Source: an uncultured Gemmatimonadaceae bacterium
Lineage (GTDB): Bacteria > Gemmatimonadota > Gemmatimonadetes > Gemmatimonadales > Gemmatimonadaceae
DNA: 64,000 bases
NCBI GenBank assembly: GCA_963740355.1
Contig: CAVUDW010000003.1
Location: 704,001 to 768,000, forward strand
Direction: 5' to 3'
Positions 20,871-30,141 of this stretch are shown here, one piece after another (within the stretch, counting starts at the first letter, position 1; each line of letters opens with the position of its first letter). The notes beneath the pieces are model-generated. The model was not told the DNA's origin and did no database searches. It saw nothing but the letters and a program-made list of their open reading frames with translations. A program made the position numbers and the translations under genes.

Positions 20871-21222
20871 ATGCCATCGTATTCCAAGGCGAGCACCGTC
20901 GCGATCGTTGCGGCTCTCGCTGTTGACGTTCGGCGCCGTCGCGATCGTCCGGCCTGCGATGATTGGCTGGACTATGCTTATCGGGTTCGGGGGTGCAGGG
21001 CTTGTCTTTTTGCTCGGTGCGGGAGGCGTTGCGCGCCGACGTACTTCCGTGGCGTTTGGCGTGTACATGATCGTCTGCGCGGCGAAGTTTGGTACGGCAT
21101 TCGGTGGACCGGTCGCACCGCGATGGTTCGGGCGCTCGCTCACGCCACTGCTGCTCCTCGCAGTCGCGTGGTTCATTTACGAGTCGCGTCAAGACCGTGC
21201 TGGTAGCGTGCAGAGAGTTTGA
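20871..21222 (+). CDS. Small hypothetical membrane protein (putative cassette; possible frameshift near 20920); homolog of 34440-34826
   Basis: ATG with GAGG RBS at 20871, while the hydrophobic ORF continues in the 20908 frame; RR..AFG.YM..CAA.F motif. Confidence 0.55.
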
Positions 21223-21351
21223 GCACGCCCCTTTTGGTGGCAAGGCACGCCAGCAGGTGCACCGTGGGTTGGCCGACGGTCTACCCCGATTGTCGGTTCA
21301 GGCTAACGCAGTTTCGTTAGGCCGATCCCAACCATTCATGTGAGGTGAGTC

Positions 21352-21843
21352 ATGTTGCAACCGACCGTTCGGGTTTTTGCGCTCGTGCTGTCCGTGATCA
21401 TCGTGGCTCCCGCTCGCGCGCAGCGCAGCGAGGTGCTGTCACGGGCGCCGGCGCTGCACTGGACATTTGAGCAGCCGGAACCCGCAGCGCGAAATGAGCG
21501 GTCGAAGCCGCAGAGCCCGGCTGCGGTGGATCTTCTCCCCGTGTGCGCCATGCCAACGGCAGGCGCCGCATCAGTCGAAAGCGCGCCGATGCCAATAGCA
21601 CGCAGCGACTCGGCAAGGATGGACCGCATGCCGATCGTGCCGTCGCACTGCCGGATAGCGCGGACCGAGTCTTTTGCCCCGCTGGTGTGGACAGCCTCCG
21701 CCGTCGATCCTCGGCCTGCCTGCACCATGCCCGTGGCGCAGGCCGGCGATGCCGACAATATGCCGATGCCGATCTCGCGCACCGACACGACGAGACTCGT
21801 GCCGATGCCGGTTGCGCCATCGCAGTGTCGCAACGTACCGTAG
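21352..21843 (+). CDS. Secreted protein with duplicated Cys-Met-Pro domain (putative cassette)
   Basis: Signal peptide ending ARA-Q; two copies of C-x-MP-x11-MP-x11-MP-x5-C; preceded by GTTAGGC at 21316. Confidence 0.75.
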   Translation: MLQPTVRVFALVLSVIIVAPARAQRSEVLSRAPALHWTFEQPEPAARNERSKPQSPAAVDLLPVCAMPTAGAASVESAPMPIARSDSARMDRMPIVPSHCRIARTESFAPLVWTASAVDPRPACTMPVAQAGDADNMPMPISRTDTTRLVPMPVAPSQCRNVP

Positions 21844-21851
21844 GCGCGCAC

Positions 21852-21929
21852 ATCTACCGCGGACGTAGCGCCCAGTAAGCAAGAGTTCGGTCGGTACCCT
21901 GCATCGGCTTACGCCCTGTCTCGTTAGAC
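21852..21929 (+). mobile_element. Degenerate attC-like site
   Basis: ATCTACC just after the stop, GGACGTAGCGCC / GGCTTACGCCC arms, GTTAGAC core at 21923-21929. Confidence 0.5.
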
Positions 21930-22000
21930 CGCTCCGCTCGTCGCGCCCCGAGCACCAGAGACTGGTGAAACCCAGCCGCTGGGTTTCGTGTATCCAGACG

Positions 22001-22264
22001 ATGACTACCGTGCTGGTGGTCGCGGGGTTCCGTGTCCGCATCCTGCTCCCACCGCGGGAGCATCCGCCACCGCACGTCCACGTGACGCGCGGTGGCGCTG
22101 AGGTCGTACTCTTGCTGCCGGACGGGCGGGCCGGCGTCGTGGTGCGCACCGTCTACCGCATGCGCGATGCGGATGTCATCGCGGCCGTTCGACTGGTAGA
22201 GTCGAACGCGGACCTGCTCCTACACGCCTGGAGGACCTATCATGGCGATTCGACGACTGAGTGA
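22001..22264 (+). CDS. DUF4160 family putative toxin (HicA-like fold)
   Basis: GFRVRI...REHPPPHVHV motif and C-terminal W...H; overlaps the DUF2442 gene. Confidence 0.85.
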   Translation: MTTVLVVAGFRVRILLPPREHPPPHVHVTRGGAEVVLLLPDGRAGVVVRTVYRMRDADVIAAVRLVESNADLLLHAWRTYHGDSTTE

Positions 22265-22712
22265 TGCAGAAATCCTGCAGCAAATTCCGCCCGCCCGTGT
22301 GGCGGAGCAGGCAGCTCGCAAGCGCGGCCACCGGGCGCGTGCCGTCCGGTTTGATCGGGCGAAGGGACGAGTCGTGCTGGAGCTCTCGAGCGGTGTGCTG
22401 TTTGCTTTCCCGATTGCCGGCATACCAGCATTGCGCCGTGCAACGCCGGCGCAACTCGCGCAAGTAGAAACGAATGCGTCGGGCAGCACGCTGCGGTGGA
22501 ATGCCATAGACGTGGACATGAGCGTCGCCGGGTTGTTGCTGGCGGCGGTTGATCCGGCGGAGCGGCGGCGATATCTCGCATCGCTCGCCGGGCACGCCAC
22601 CTCGCCCGCCAAGGCGGCGGCCGCACGGGTCAATGGTGCAAAAGGCGGCCGGCCGCGGAAGGCGGCGAGTGGCGCGTTGCCGACGCTACGGCGCAAACCG
22701 ATCGCGGGCTAA
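22242..22712 (+). CDS. DUF2442 family putative antitoxin
   Basis: LELSSG...P.L..ATPAQL..VE....G..LRW..IDVD.SV.GLL; C-terminal SPAKAAAARVNGAKGGRPRK. Confidence 0.88.
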   Translation: MAIRRLSDAEILQQIPPARVAEQAARKRGHRARAVRFDRAKGRVVLELSSGVLFAFPIAGIPALRRATPAQLAQVETNASGSTLRWNAIDVDMSVAGLLLAAVDPAERRRYLASLAGHATSPAKAAAARVNGAKGGRPRKAASGALPTLRRKPIAG

Positions 22713-22805
22713 CCCAGTTTCGTTCGCGGTTTCCGCCCCAGTTCCGCTTGACGCCAGCAGGTGGTCGGGTGCGTCTTACTCGTAAGATTCACTCCCCGAG
22801 CCCGT

Positions 22806-23069
22806 ATGGCCGACGCTGCCACCACGACCCTGTCGTCCAAAGGACAGGTCGTCATCCCTGAAGAGATTCGCGCCCGGCTTGGGCTCAAGACCGGCGCTCA
22901 GTTCGTCGTGGTCGGCGACCGGGACGTGGTCATCCTCAAGGTGCTCGAGCCCCCAGCGCTGTCGGAGTTTGCCGCCCTGACGGCCACGGCGCGTCGGGCC
23001 GCCAGGAAGGCCGGGCTCACACGACGGGATGTGACGAAGGCGGTGACGAAGGTGCGGCGCGGCAAATGA
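22806..23069 (+). CDS. AbrB/MazE/SpoVT family antitoxin
   Basis: TTLSSKGQVVIPEEIRARLGLKTG. Confidence 0.9.
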   Translation: MADAATTTLSSKGQVVIPEEIRARLGLKTGAQFVVVGDRDVVILKVLEPPALSEFAALTATARRAARKAGLTRRDVTKAVTKVRRGK

Positions 23070-23180
23070 GAGTGGTCGTGGACACCAACGTGCTGGTGTC
23101 CGGCCTGCTCTTCGGCGGGGTGCCTGAGTAGATCCTGGTGGCGTGGACATCCGGCGCGTTCGTGCTTGTTGTGGCAAGTA
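23066..23180 (+). pseudogene. PIN-domain (VapC-like) toxin remnant with premature TAG
   Basis: MRVVVDTNVLVSGLLFGGVPE-TAG(23129-23131)-ILVAWTSGAFVLVVAS; PIN similarity is lost after this; ATGA-coupled to the antitoxin. Confidence 0.8.
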
Positions 23181-23604
23181 GCTGTGCGCTTGCGCTCGTG
23201 CTGCTTGTCGGCGAACGCCTACTAGCCTCCGACGACGAAGTGTTTGCTATCAGCCGGAATACTTTTGCTTTCTGGATTGCGACTGGCGCCGTCGCAGTTG
23301 TCTGCGGAGTTCGCGGCGGACAGCGCCTGCTGCACACGCGGGACTCCCACGGCGATGTGAGACAGTATGCGCGTGACCGGAGACGCACCTACCGCGTTCG
23401 CGTGCGAAATGTGCCGCCGGGAGGGGGCAGTTCGAACACATTTGACCTTATTCTCCTCGACCCGCCGATTCCATGATTCAGCGCGACAGGCGATGGCTAG
23501 CGGTCAGGCCGGGGCGCACGCACGCGGGTTACGGGCAATGCGCTGTGCTCAGCGTCGCGCTGCAGCAGCCACCTGACTCGGCAGGCCACTTCGCTCGGTA
23601 TCTG

Positions 23605-24183
23605 ATGCCTGCCTCAAACTGCCTCCGACGTCGAGCAAGTGTGCTCGCTAGCGCAGCGCTCCTTGTTTGCATGAACCTGCGCGCACAGCCCGTTGAGCGA
23701 TCAGTGGGGCTCGGCCTCACGTTGCCCGCCGGAGACTACGCGAAGTTCCGGACGATCGGTCCAGCCGTGCGCGCTGGTGTCGCGTTCGGTGATCCAGACA
23801 CACGGCACGTCCGACTGCGCCTCGAGTTCGAAGCGGCGTGGCTACTGTCCCGCGGATCGAAACCGGGATTTGCGAACTCGGACCCAGGTTCACTCACGGC
23901 GACGAGTTTCCTGGCATCCGCCGTTTTCGGTCGTCGTCCCCGCGAGGGATTTGCGCCCTACTTCATCACTGGCGTCGCGCTGCAGAGCCTGACAATACCG
24001 GGAAGGCGCAATCCGTATGGATCGACTATTGGGTTGCGCGTTGGTGCGGGCATGGAGCGCCGCGTGGCCGCTCGACACTACTTCGTCGAGATCGCGCCAC
24101 ACCTGGCTCTGACTGACTTTGGCACGGGAGGCGATTTCGGCACGGCTGCGTACGTGCCGCTCGTGGTCGGCCTGCGCTTCTAG
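23605..24183 (+). CDS. Putative outer-membrane beta-barrel protein
   Basis: Signal-like N-terminus, alternating beta strands, APYFITGV, C-terminal VVGLRF. Confidence 0.65.
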   Translation: MPASNCLRRRASVLASAALLVCMNLRAQPVERSVGLGLTLPAGDYAKFRTIGPAVRAGVAFGDPDTRHVRLRLEFEAAWLLSRGSKPGFANSDPGSLTATSFLASAVFGRRPREGFAPYFITGVALQSLTIPGRRNPYGSTIGLRVGAGMERRVAARHYFVEIAPHLALTDFGTGGDFGTAAYVPLVVGLRF

Positions 24184-24262
24184 TTTGCAACCTGCTCGCC
24201 GTGTGGTCGCAGCTCCGCTCCGGTACGTGACAAGGCAATCAAGCTGGAAACCTTAGCGCCAC

Positions 24263-26899
24263 TCAGCGCCCCAGGAACGTGCGCGCCGCAGCCGTCACTG
24301 GGTGCGTCGGGCCGTAGCCATTGGTCAACGCCGTCACCGCCCGCTCCGCAGTACGCATCGCGTCAGCCTGCGCGCCCTGAGCGCGTTGTACGCGCGCATG
24401 CAAGAAGTCCGCGTGGCCCACGATGGCGCTGCGCGTCGATGCCAGCGAGTCCACTATCGCCAGCGTCCGCACGCGTGATGCCGCGGCGTCGGCACCTTGC
24501 AGGTCACCGTCGATGAATCGCCACTCGCCGAGCGTTAGCATCGGGAAGATGAAGAACGCCCGCGGAATGGACGCATCGGGCCAGAGCGAGTCGATAGCGA
24601 CGGCGAGGCGCTTCACTGGTTGCAGGGAATCGCCGGTTTGTCGGGCGATGCGCAGGCGCACCCATTCGCGTGTGAGCCAGTGCCACGGATACAGCACTTC
24701 GGCGCGTGATGCGAGGAGGCTGGCATCCTGGACGCGACCACTTTCGAGCGCGGCCCATGCGGCGTTTACGTCGTTGGTGACCTTCGCATTCTCCCCGAGA
24801 GGACCTTGGGCGGCGAGCGCGATCCACTGGCTCGCCGAGTCCGTCAGGCCTGCTCGCAGCAGAACCTGTCCATACACGTGGGCGAGATACGGCGCCACCG
24901 GTGCAGCGCCGTTCTTGCGTTCCGCGCGCAGTACGATCGCACGATAGCTGGCAACGGCCTCCCGCATCTCCCCGAGGTCGAAGTACATCCGGGACATTGC
25001 TGCGGCGACGTTCGGTACAATCGGCGTGCCCAGATACCCCATCGATTCGGCCTCGGCGACAACACTGCGCTGCACCGCCAGTGCCTCCCTCGGGCGACCA
25101 GCCTTCTGAACGATGAGACCGAGACTGTTGAGGATGGCGAGTCGATTGAGCGATCGCTTCGACGCGCCCTCGCTGCGCTCCCCGTCGTCAAATACGACTA
25201 CGGCCTCTTTCAAGAGTGCGATGGCGCGTTCGTAGTCATTGTCCACCGCCGCCAGATCGCCTTCTGCCTGCAAGCAGAGGTGCGCATTCGCCTTCGGCCC
25301 GATCCGCGCCAGCGCTGCGCGACCTTCTGCAATGGCGGCCCGCGCCGAGTCGATCGCTCGCGTACGCATGAAATTTTCAGCGCGCGTGCACGAAATCGAC
25401 GCCGCGATGTCGAGTTCGCCCGCCGTGTAAGCGATGGCACGGGACCGGGCGAGCAGTGCAAGAGAGCCACCAACGTCGCCGTTTTCGAATAGTTGTCCCG
25501 CAAGGTCCGTCATTACGAGCGCAGCAGTGCGGGGTTCGGAGCCGAACTGTTGCTCGATCACGTCCACTGCGTGCATCAGGCGTCCGCGCGCATCGAGCGG
25601 CTTGCCGTCCACTCCAGGCGTGTCACTGGCAAGCACCTGCGCCGCCGCGAGGAAACCCTCCTGCGCGCGAAAATTTCGCTCGGCCACGCGCCGTTGCCGC
25701 TCCGCCTCCGACCGCTGGCGATAGGACACGACCGTCGCGGTGACCAGTGCAGCGCCCACCACGGCGGCGACCGCAAGTCCCACCCGATAACGCCTCGCGA
25801 ACTTCGCGGCGCGGTATCCCAAGGCATCTGGGCGGGCGGACACCGGCTCATGATTGAGCCAACGGCGCAAGTCGTCTGCCATCGCCGCAGCGGTCTCGTA
25901 GCGTTCCCCAGGCACCTTGCGCAGCGCCTTTCGCAGGATGGCATCAAGGTCGCCGAGTTCCGTGAGCGCGGGTTCCTGTTGCAACGCGCCCTGTGCGTAC
26001 TCCGCTCTGGTGGATGCGCCGCGAGCGGTTGGATGACGATTCGTGAGCAGCAGATACAGCATGACACCGGCGCTGTAGATGTCGGATGCCGGGCCAATCG
26101 CCTCGCCACGGAACTGTTCGGGCGATGCAAACGCCGGTGTCAACGCTTGATGCCCCTGCTCCGTCACGTCAGCGATGTTCCCTTCGCTGGCGATGAGGCG
26201 CGCGATCCCGAAGTCGAGCAACTTCACCGTACCATCTCGCGTGACCAACACGTTCGACGGTTTCAGGTCGCGATGCACGATCAGGTTCGCATGCGCATGT
26301 CCGACTGCGGAGAGGACCTGCAGCATAAGCTGTACGCGCTGCGCGATAGTAACGGTTGTGCGCGTGGCGTACGCATCGATCGGTTCGCCGTCGATGTATT
26401 CGAGCACGAGGAATGGCTGACGCTGATCGCTCACTCCCGCATCGAGCAGACGCGCAACATTCACGTGTGCAAGTCGAGCGAGGGCCGTCCCTTCGCGACG
26501 GAAGCGCTCGATCCCCGAGCGCCCGATCAGCGACAGGTTGAGGAGCTTGACCGCGGCCGATCCTTCAAAGCTGCCATCTGCCCGTGTTGCGAGCCACACA
26601 CTCCCCATGCCGCCGTGCCCGATGGGCCGATCGAGCATCCAGGCGCCAATCCGCATCCCGGCCAGCGACGGTTCGCGTTCGAGCATCGCTGCCAGTGAAG
26701 GCATCGCGGCGAGGGGCGCGGAACCAGCGCCCTTCCAGGTATCGCCAGACCGGAGAATCTCGCCGAGGGCCTGCACGACCGTCGCGCTTTCACGCTGCAA
26801 GTCATTCAGCCATCGGGTTCGGTCCTCCGGCGGAAGATCCAGCGCCTGATCGAGCAGTGGACTGAGTCGCGCGTACAACGATTCCGACAGCGATGACAT
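24263..26899 (-). CDS. Serine/threonine protein kinase with TM segment and TPR-like C-terminus
   Basis: IGHGGMGSVW, AVK, HRDLKPSNVLV, DFGIA, SPEQ, DIYSAG. Confidence 0.95.
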   Translation of the reverse strand: MSSLSESLYARLSPLLDQALDLPPEDRTRWLNDLQRESATVVQALGEILRSGDTWKGAGSAPLAAMPSLAAMLEREPSLAGMRIGAWMLDRPIGHGGMGSVWLATRADGSFEGSAAVKLLNLSLIGRSGIERFRREGTALARLAHVNVARLLDAGVSDQRQPFLVLEYIDGEPIDAYATRTTVTIAQRVQLMLQVLSAVGHAHANLIVHRDLKPSNVLVTRDGTVKLLDFGIARLIASEGNIADVTEQGHQALTPAFASPEQFRGEAIGPASDIYSAGVMLYLLLTNRHPTARGASTRAEYAQGALQQEPALTELGDLDAILRKALRKVPGERYETAAAMADDLRRWLNHEPVSARPDALGYRAAKFARRYRVGLAVAAVVGAALVTATVVSYRQRSEAERQRRVAERNFRAQEGFLAAAQVLASDTPGVDGKPLDARGRLMHAVDVIEQQFGSEPRTAALVMTDLAGQLFENGDVGGSLALLARSRAIAYTAGELDIAASISCTRAENFMRTRAIDSARAAIAEGRAALARIGPKANAHLCLQAEGDLAAVDNDYERAIALLKEAVVVFDDGERSEGASKRSLNRLAILNSLGLIVQKAGRPREALAVQRSVVAEAESMGYLGTPIVPNVAAAMSRMYFDLGEMREAVASYRAIVLRAERKNGAAPVAPYLAHVYGQVLLRAGLTDSASQWIALAAQGPLGENAKVTNDVNAAWAALESGRVQDASLLASRAEVLYPWHWLTREWVRLRIARQTGDSLQPVKRLAVAIDSLWPDASIPRAFFIFPMLTLGEWRFIDGDLQGADAAASRVRTLAIVDSLASTRSAIVGHADFLHARVQRAQGAQADAMRTAERAVTALTNGYGPTHPVTAAARTFLGR

Positions 26900-27130
26900 G
26901 AAAGCGGTGTTGGAGACCTGGATCGCCCAGCGGCAGAGACCAGCGTAGACATCACGGCTCACCAAGAATCACCTCGGGACCACCGTTGCCAAGTGCCCCG
27001 CGTCAGATGGCCGGGCCATCGAACCGAAGCACACACGTCTCAGGAATCGAAAGATCTGGGCCGAAGGCGACAAGACCTGCCAGTGATCGGCAGCCGCGGA
27101 GGCTCGGCGACGAATGCACTGTCACCGCAT

Positions 27131-27421
27131 TCGGTGGCACTCTGCGCGGATTACAGGGCGTTACCCTGCGCGCGTAGGGGCGACCAAGCCTGCTGGGAGT
27201 GCTCGGCCGAAAATCGGCGTTGTGCAGCAATCTCGGAGGGCGTGGTGCGGACTGGGACGGCGACGTGGAATCGCAAGTCGTTGGTTTGACTGGAGATACC
27301 TCGGCCGCTTCGTCTGGGAGGGGAGGACGATACGCCCGGATTGCGGTGACGTATGGCGCTGGCGGCGCAGTGGTGCGCAGCTATAGAATCAGGCGACTGG
27401 TTCTATTCTGTATAATTATGG
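27131..27421 (+). promoter_or_regulatory. Conserved non-coding array leader, copy 2 (putative integron Pc/attI region)
   Basis: Colinear homolog of 20008-20302; contains TAGAAT (27384) and TATAAT (27411-27416). Confidence 0.6.
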
Positions 27422-27588
27422 ATTCGGCGGCGACCAACACAGCCTCCCGTTGAATGTTCCCGAGCGATACCCTCCCTCGAACTCGTAACCCTCGACGTAC
27501 ACGAGACCGTGGCTTCGTCGCGGCGGTTGGAACGTTGATGCCCAAGCGATCGTCACGCACACCGAGCGGCCGCACAACGCGCCCGGCC

Positions 27589-27888
27589 ATGGAACGGCTG
27601 GCACGTGGCTTAGCCATCGCGTCCTGCTGTGCATTCGCTGCCTGTAACGACGGCCCAACCGCAACGCCCACACCCGTCACACGCGGTGCGCCCGGCATCA
27701 CCATCTGCGCCGGTCGACTGGCCGGCGTCGCGACGCGGCAGCTTGCAAGCGGCTGGTGGGTTCACGAGGCTAGAGCTCAGCACGGTGTGGCTCCCGGCCG
27801 ATGTGCGTCCATCAGCGACACTCCAGCAGGTCGCCGCAGCGTGTCGGGCGTCCATCGACGTCGACACAGCGAAAGGCCACGGGCTTGA
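27589..27888 (+). CDS. Possible lipoprotein (uncertain, possibly frameshifted/decayed)
   Basis: MERLARGLAIASCCAFAAC lipobox-like start; the downstream sequence is not convincing. Confidence 0.3.
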   Translation: MERLARGLAIASCCAFAACNDGPTATPTPVTRGAPGITICAGRLAGVATRQLASGWWVHEARAQHGVAPGRCASISDTPAGRRSVSGVHRRRHSERPRA

Positions 27889-28032
27889 CGTCACACTGAC
27901 GCGACATGGAGCGCAAGCGGCACTGCAGCTTCGCTTGCCGGAATGCGAGGTCCTGCAGTGAACGTGGGTCGCGCTAGTCTGCGTCGGTTTGCCAGCTACT
28001 TAAGCGATACGCTGAACACGAACCTCAAATAC

Positions 28033-28707
28033 ATGATTCGCCAGCGTTCGATTGTCTCTCTTCTGCTCATCCTCGCAGCTGCTGCGCCCGCTGCAACGGC
28101 TCAGGTATCGCGTGAGGTGCGCCTACCTACGCGCACGGACACACTCGTGGCACGCTACGGCACCACGATCATCGGTCGTGGGATCACGGCGCGCGCCTAT
28201 CGCGGAGGCGAGTTGCAGCAGGCCTACGTGTGGCAGAGCGCCGCCGATGGATCGAGCACCACGGATTCGCTTTGGCTCGACACCATGTCGGTGCAACCGT
28301 GGCGCGAAGTGCGGGTTATTTCTGACACCGCAGTGCGCATCACCTTTGGGAAGGGTCGTGTAGACGTTCGTACGATAGTCGCCGGACGCGAGACCAGTCG
28401 GCGTGGCATCAGTGCCCCGACGCCGTACCACTCGTCTGCCTCACTCGAGGTGATCGCCGCCAGTATGCAGATGCAAGTGGGAGCGACGGCCGACGTGAAT
28501 GCATACTATGCGCCGCCATCCAACTTGGGGTTTCAGGTGATCCGCCTGCGCGTCGTCGCCCGCGACACGGTGCGCGGCACGGATGCCTGGCGTGTCGTTG
28601 CGAGCACGCCGACCGGTAGTACCACATTCTGGATCAGCGCAACAAGTCGTGAGGTGTTGCAGTATGACGTCCGTGAAGGAGCGGCGCTGATCACATTTCG
28701 TCGCTAG
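28033..28707 (+). CDS. Secreted hypothetical protein (DUF3108-like)
   Basis: Signal peptide ATA-Q; C-terminal DAWRVV....TFWIS..SREVLQ. Confidence 0.7.
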   Translation: MIRQRSIVSLLLILAAAAPAATAQVSREVRLPTRTDTLVARYGTTIIGRGITARAYRGGELQQAYVWQSAADGSSTTDSLWLDTMSVQPWREVRVISDTAVRITFGKGRVDVRTIVAGRETSRRGISAPTPYHSSASLEVIAASMQMQVGATADVNAYYAPPSNLGFQVIRLRVVARDTVRGTDAWRVVASTPTGSTTFWISATSREVLQYDVREGAALITFRR

Positions 28708-28710
28708 TTC

Positions 28711-28807
28711 ATCCTACCAATCGTCGCGGCGGCCAATGCGACCCGTTGTACGTGAGTAGGAGAAGGTTTCGTGTGGTCGCGTTGCAGTCGGCGCGGTTCC
28801 GTTAGAT
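28711..28807 (+). mobile_element. attC-like site
   Basis: ATCCTAC right after the stop, CAATGCGACC / GGTCGCGTTG arms, GTTAGAT core at 28801-28807. Confidence 0.6.
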
Positions 28808-28837
28808 GCTAGTTCCACCCGAGAAGCGAGTTGTCTG

Positions 28838-29335
28838 GTGACGCGTATCCTGCGCGGGGCGATGTGTGGTCTGGCGCTCTACGCCGCAGCGTGTGCCCGC
28901 ACCGCGCCGCCGTTTATCGCCGATGCTGGATCAACCACCATCAACATCAGTGAACAGGCCGCGGCCGCTGGATTCCATCCCGACGCTTGGGTCGCATCCA
29001 TGGGCGCCGTTGCGGCGGTGGAAATCCAGAATCAACCGGTCCGCGTGGTCCATGTAGTGCCGAGCCGGCTGCGGGTGCGTCTCGGAGACACGATTGCGCC
29101 ACTCCACGTGATTCGCGTGAGCGGTCTGGATTCAGCCGGGACAAACATCCCAGGCGTGACACCGCTGTTCGGCCCGTTCCGCCCAAGGGGCGTCGTACGT
29201 CCGCTTCCAAATGGGCTGTGGCTCGCGGAGCGCGTCGGTCAATCGGACGTTGAGGTTCGCGTCCTACGGATTGCCCACGTTGTGAGCAACGACACCGCGA
29301 TGGTTCGGTCGGTGACGGTAGAAGTTGTGCCGTAG
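28838..29335 (+). CDS. Hypothetical lipoprotein (putative cassette)
   Basis: LALYAAAC lipobox; flanked by attC-like sites. Confidence 0.65.
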   Translation: MTRILRGAMCGLALYAAACARTAPPFIADAGSTTINISEQAAAAGFHPDAWVASMGAVAAVEIQNQPVRVVHVVPSRLRVRLGDTIAPLHVIRVSGLDSAGTNIPGVTPLFGPFRPRGVVRPLPNGLWLAERVGQSDVEVRVLRIAHVVSNDTAMVRSVTVEVVP

Positions 29336-29344
29336 GGCGGGCGA

Positions 29345-29442
29345 ATTCAACCCCGGGTTGCTGCTGGCGCTGCGGCCGACGTATTCTGAGCAGGAGAGCC
29401 ATTTGTCTGCCGAAGCTGCAACAAAACCCAGTGTGGTCAGAC
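29345..29442 (+). mobile_element. attC-like site, same family as 20755
   Basis: ATTCAAC-CCCGGGTTGCTGCTGGCGCTGCGGC..GCCGAAGCTGCAACAAAACCC..GTCAGAC. Confidence 0.65.
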
Positions 29443-29478
29443 CTCACGCCAATCGCATCGGCACAAGATCCCATACCC

Positions 29479-30141
29479 ATGATGAGTCGACCGTTTCGAT
29501 GGGTGCGGCAGTACGGTGTGCTCGTTGCGGTCACTGCGCTGAGCCTGTACTACCTCTACCGAGCGGTCCACTACCGGTTTGTAGTCCCGGATCGACTTGG
29601 GCCTGCCCTGTTCAACAAGCAGGTGTGGTACGTCTCGCACCTGCTATTCGCCCTACCCGTCGTCCTCGGCGCGCCATTGCAGTTCATCGCACCCCTGCGA
29701 CGACGAGCACCGCAGTGGCATCGGGCGATCGGCAAGTGCTACGTCATTGGTGCGTCCGGTGCAGCCGTCTTGGCGATATACCTCGGGGCGATTGTCGGCG
29801 AGTATGAAGGCTCGAGGCTTTCCATCGCACTCACGGGACTGCTGTGGCTGTTCTTCACGCTGGCGGCGTGGCGGTTGGCCGTGGCGAAGAACTTCGCTGC
29901 CCATCGCGAATTCATGATTCGCAGCTACACGATGGCGCTCGTGCTCGTATGGTTGCGGCTGATGTACGACTGGCAGGACCTCCTGTTCTTTTACGTTACA
30001 AATCCAGACTTACGCGACGCGACGCGCGAATGGGCATCGTGGGTTGTGCCGCTCCTCGCGGTCGAGATGTGGCTGGCCTGGTACCCGGCCATCCGCAAGG
30101 GCCGAACGGCAGGTCCAAGTCCGGGGCCGCGCCAAGTGTAA
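29479..30141 (+). CDS. DUF2306-like membrane protein
   Basis: H....LGAPLQF...LRRR.PQWHRAIGKCY, AHREFMIRSY, SWVVPLL..E. Confidence 0.8.
   Translation: MMSRPFRWVRQYGVLVAVTALSLYYLYRAVHYRFVVPDRLGPALFNKQVWYVSHLLFALPVVLGAPLQFIAPLRRRAPQWHRAIGKCYVIGASGAAVLAIYLGAIVGEYEGSRLSIALTGLLWLFFTLAAWRLAVAKNFAAHREFMIRSYTMALVLVWLRLMYDWQDLLFFYVTNPDLRDATREWASWVVPLLAVEMWLAWYPAIRKGRTAGPSPGPRQV

Noticed and set aside
23129..23131. Amber readthrough/pyrrolysine in the PIN toxin
   Set aside because: The downstream sequence loses PIN similarity within ~16 codons, so readthrough would not restore the toxin
19200..27450. Integron integrase (intI) beside either leader
   Set aside because: No ORF shows tyrosine recombinase motifs (R..HxxRH..Y); the neighbours are a lipoprotein and a kinase
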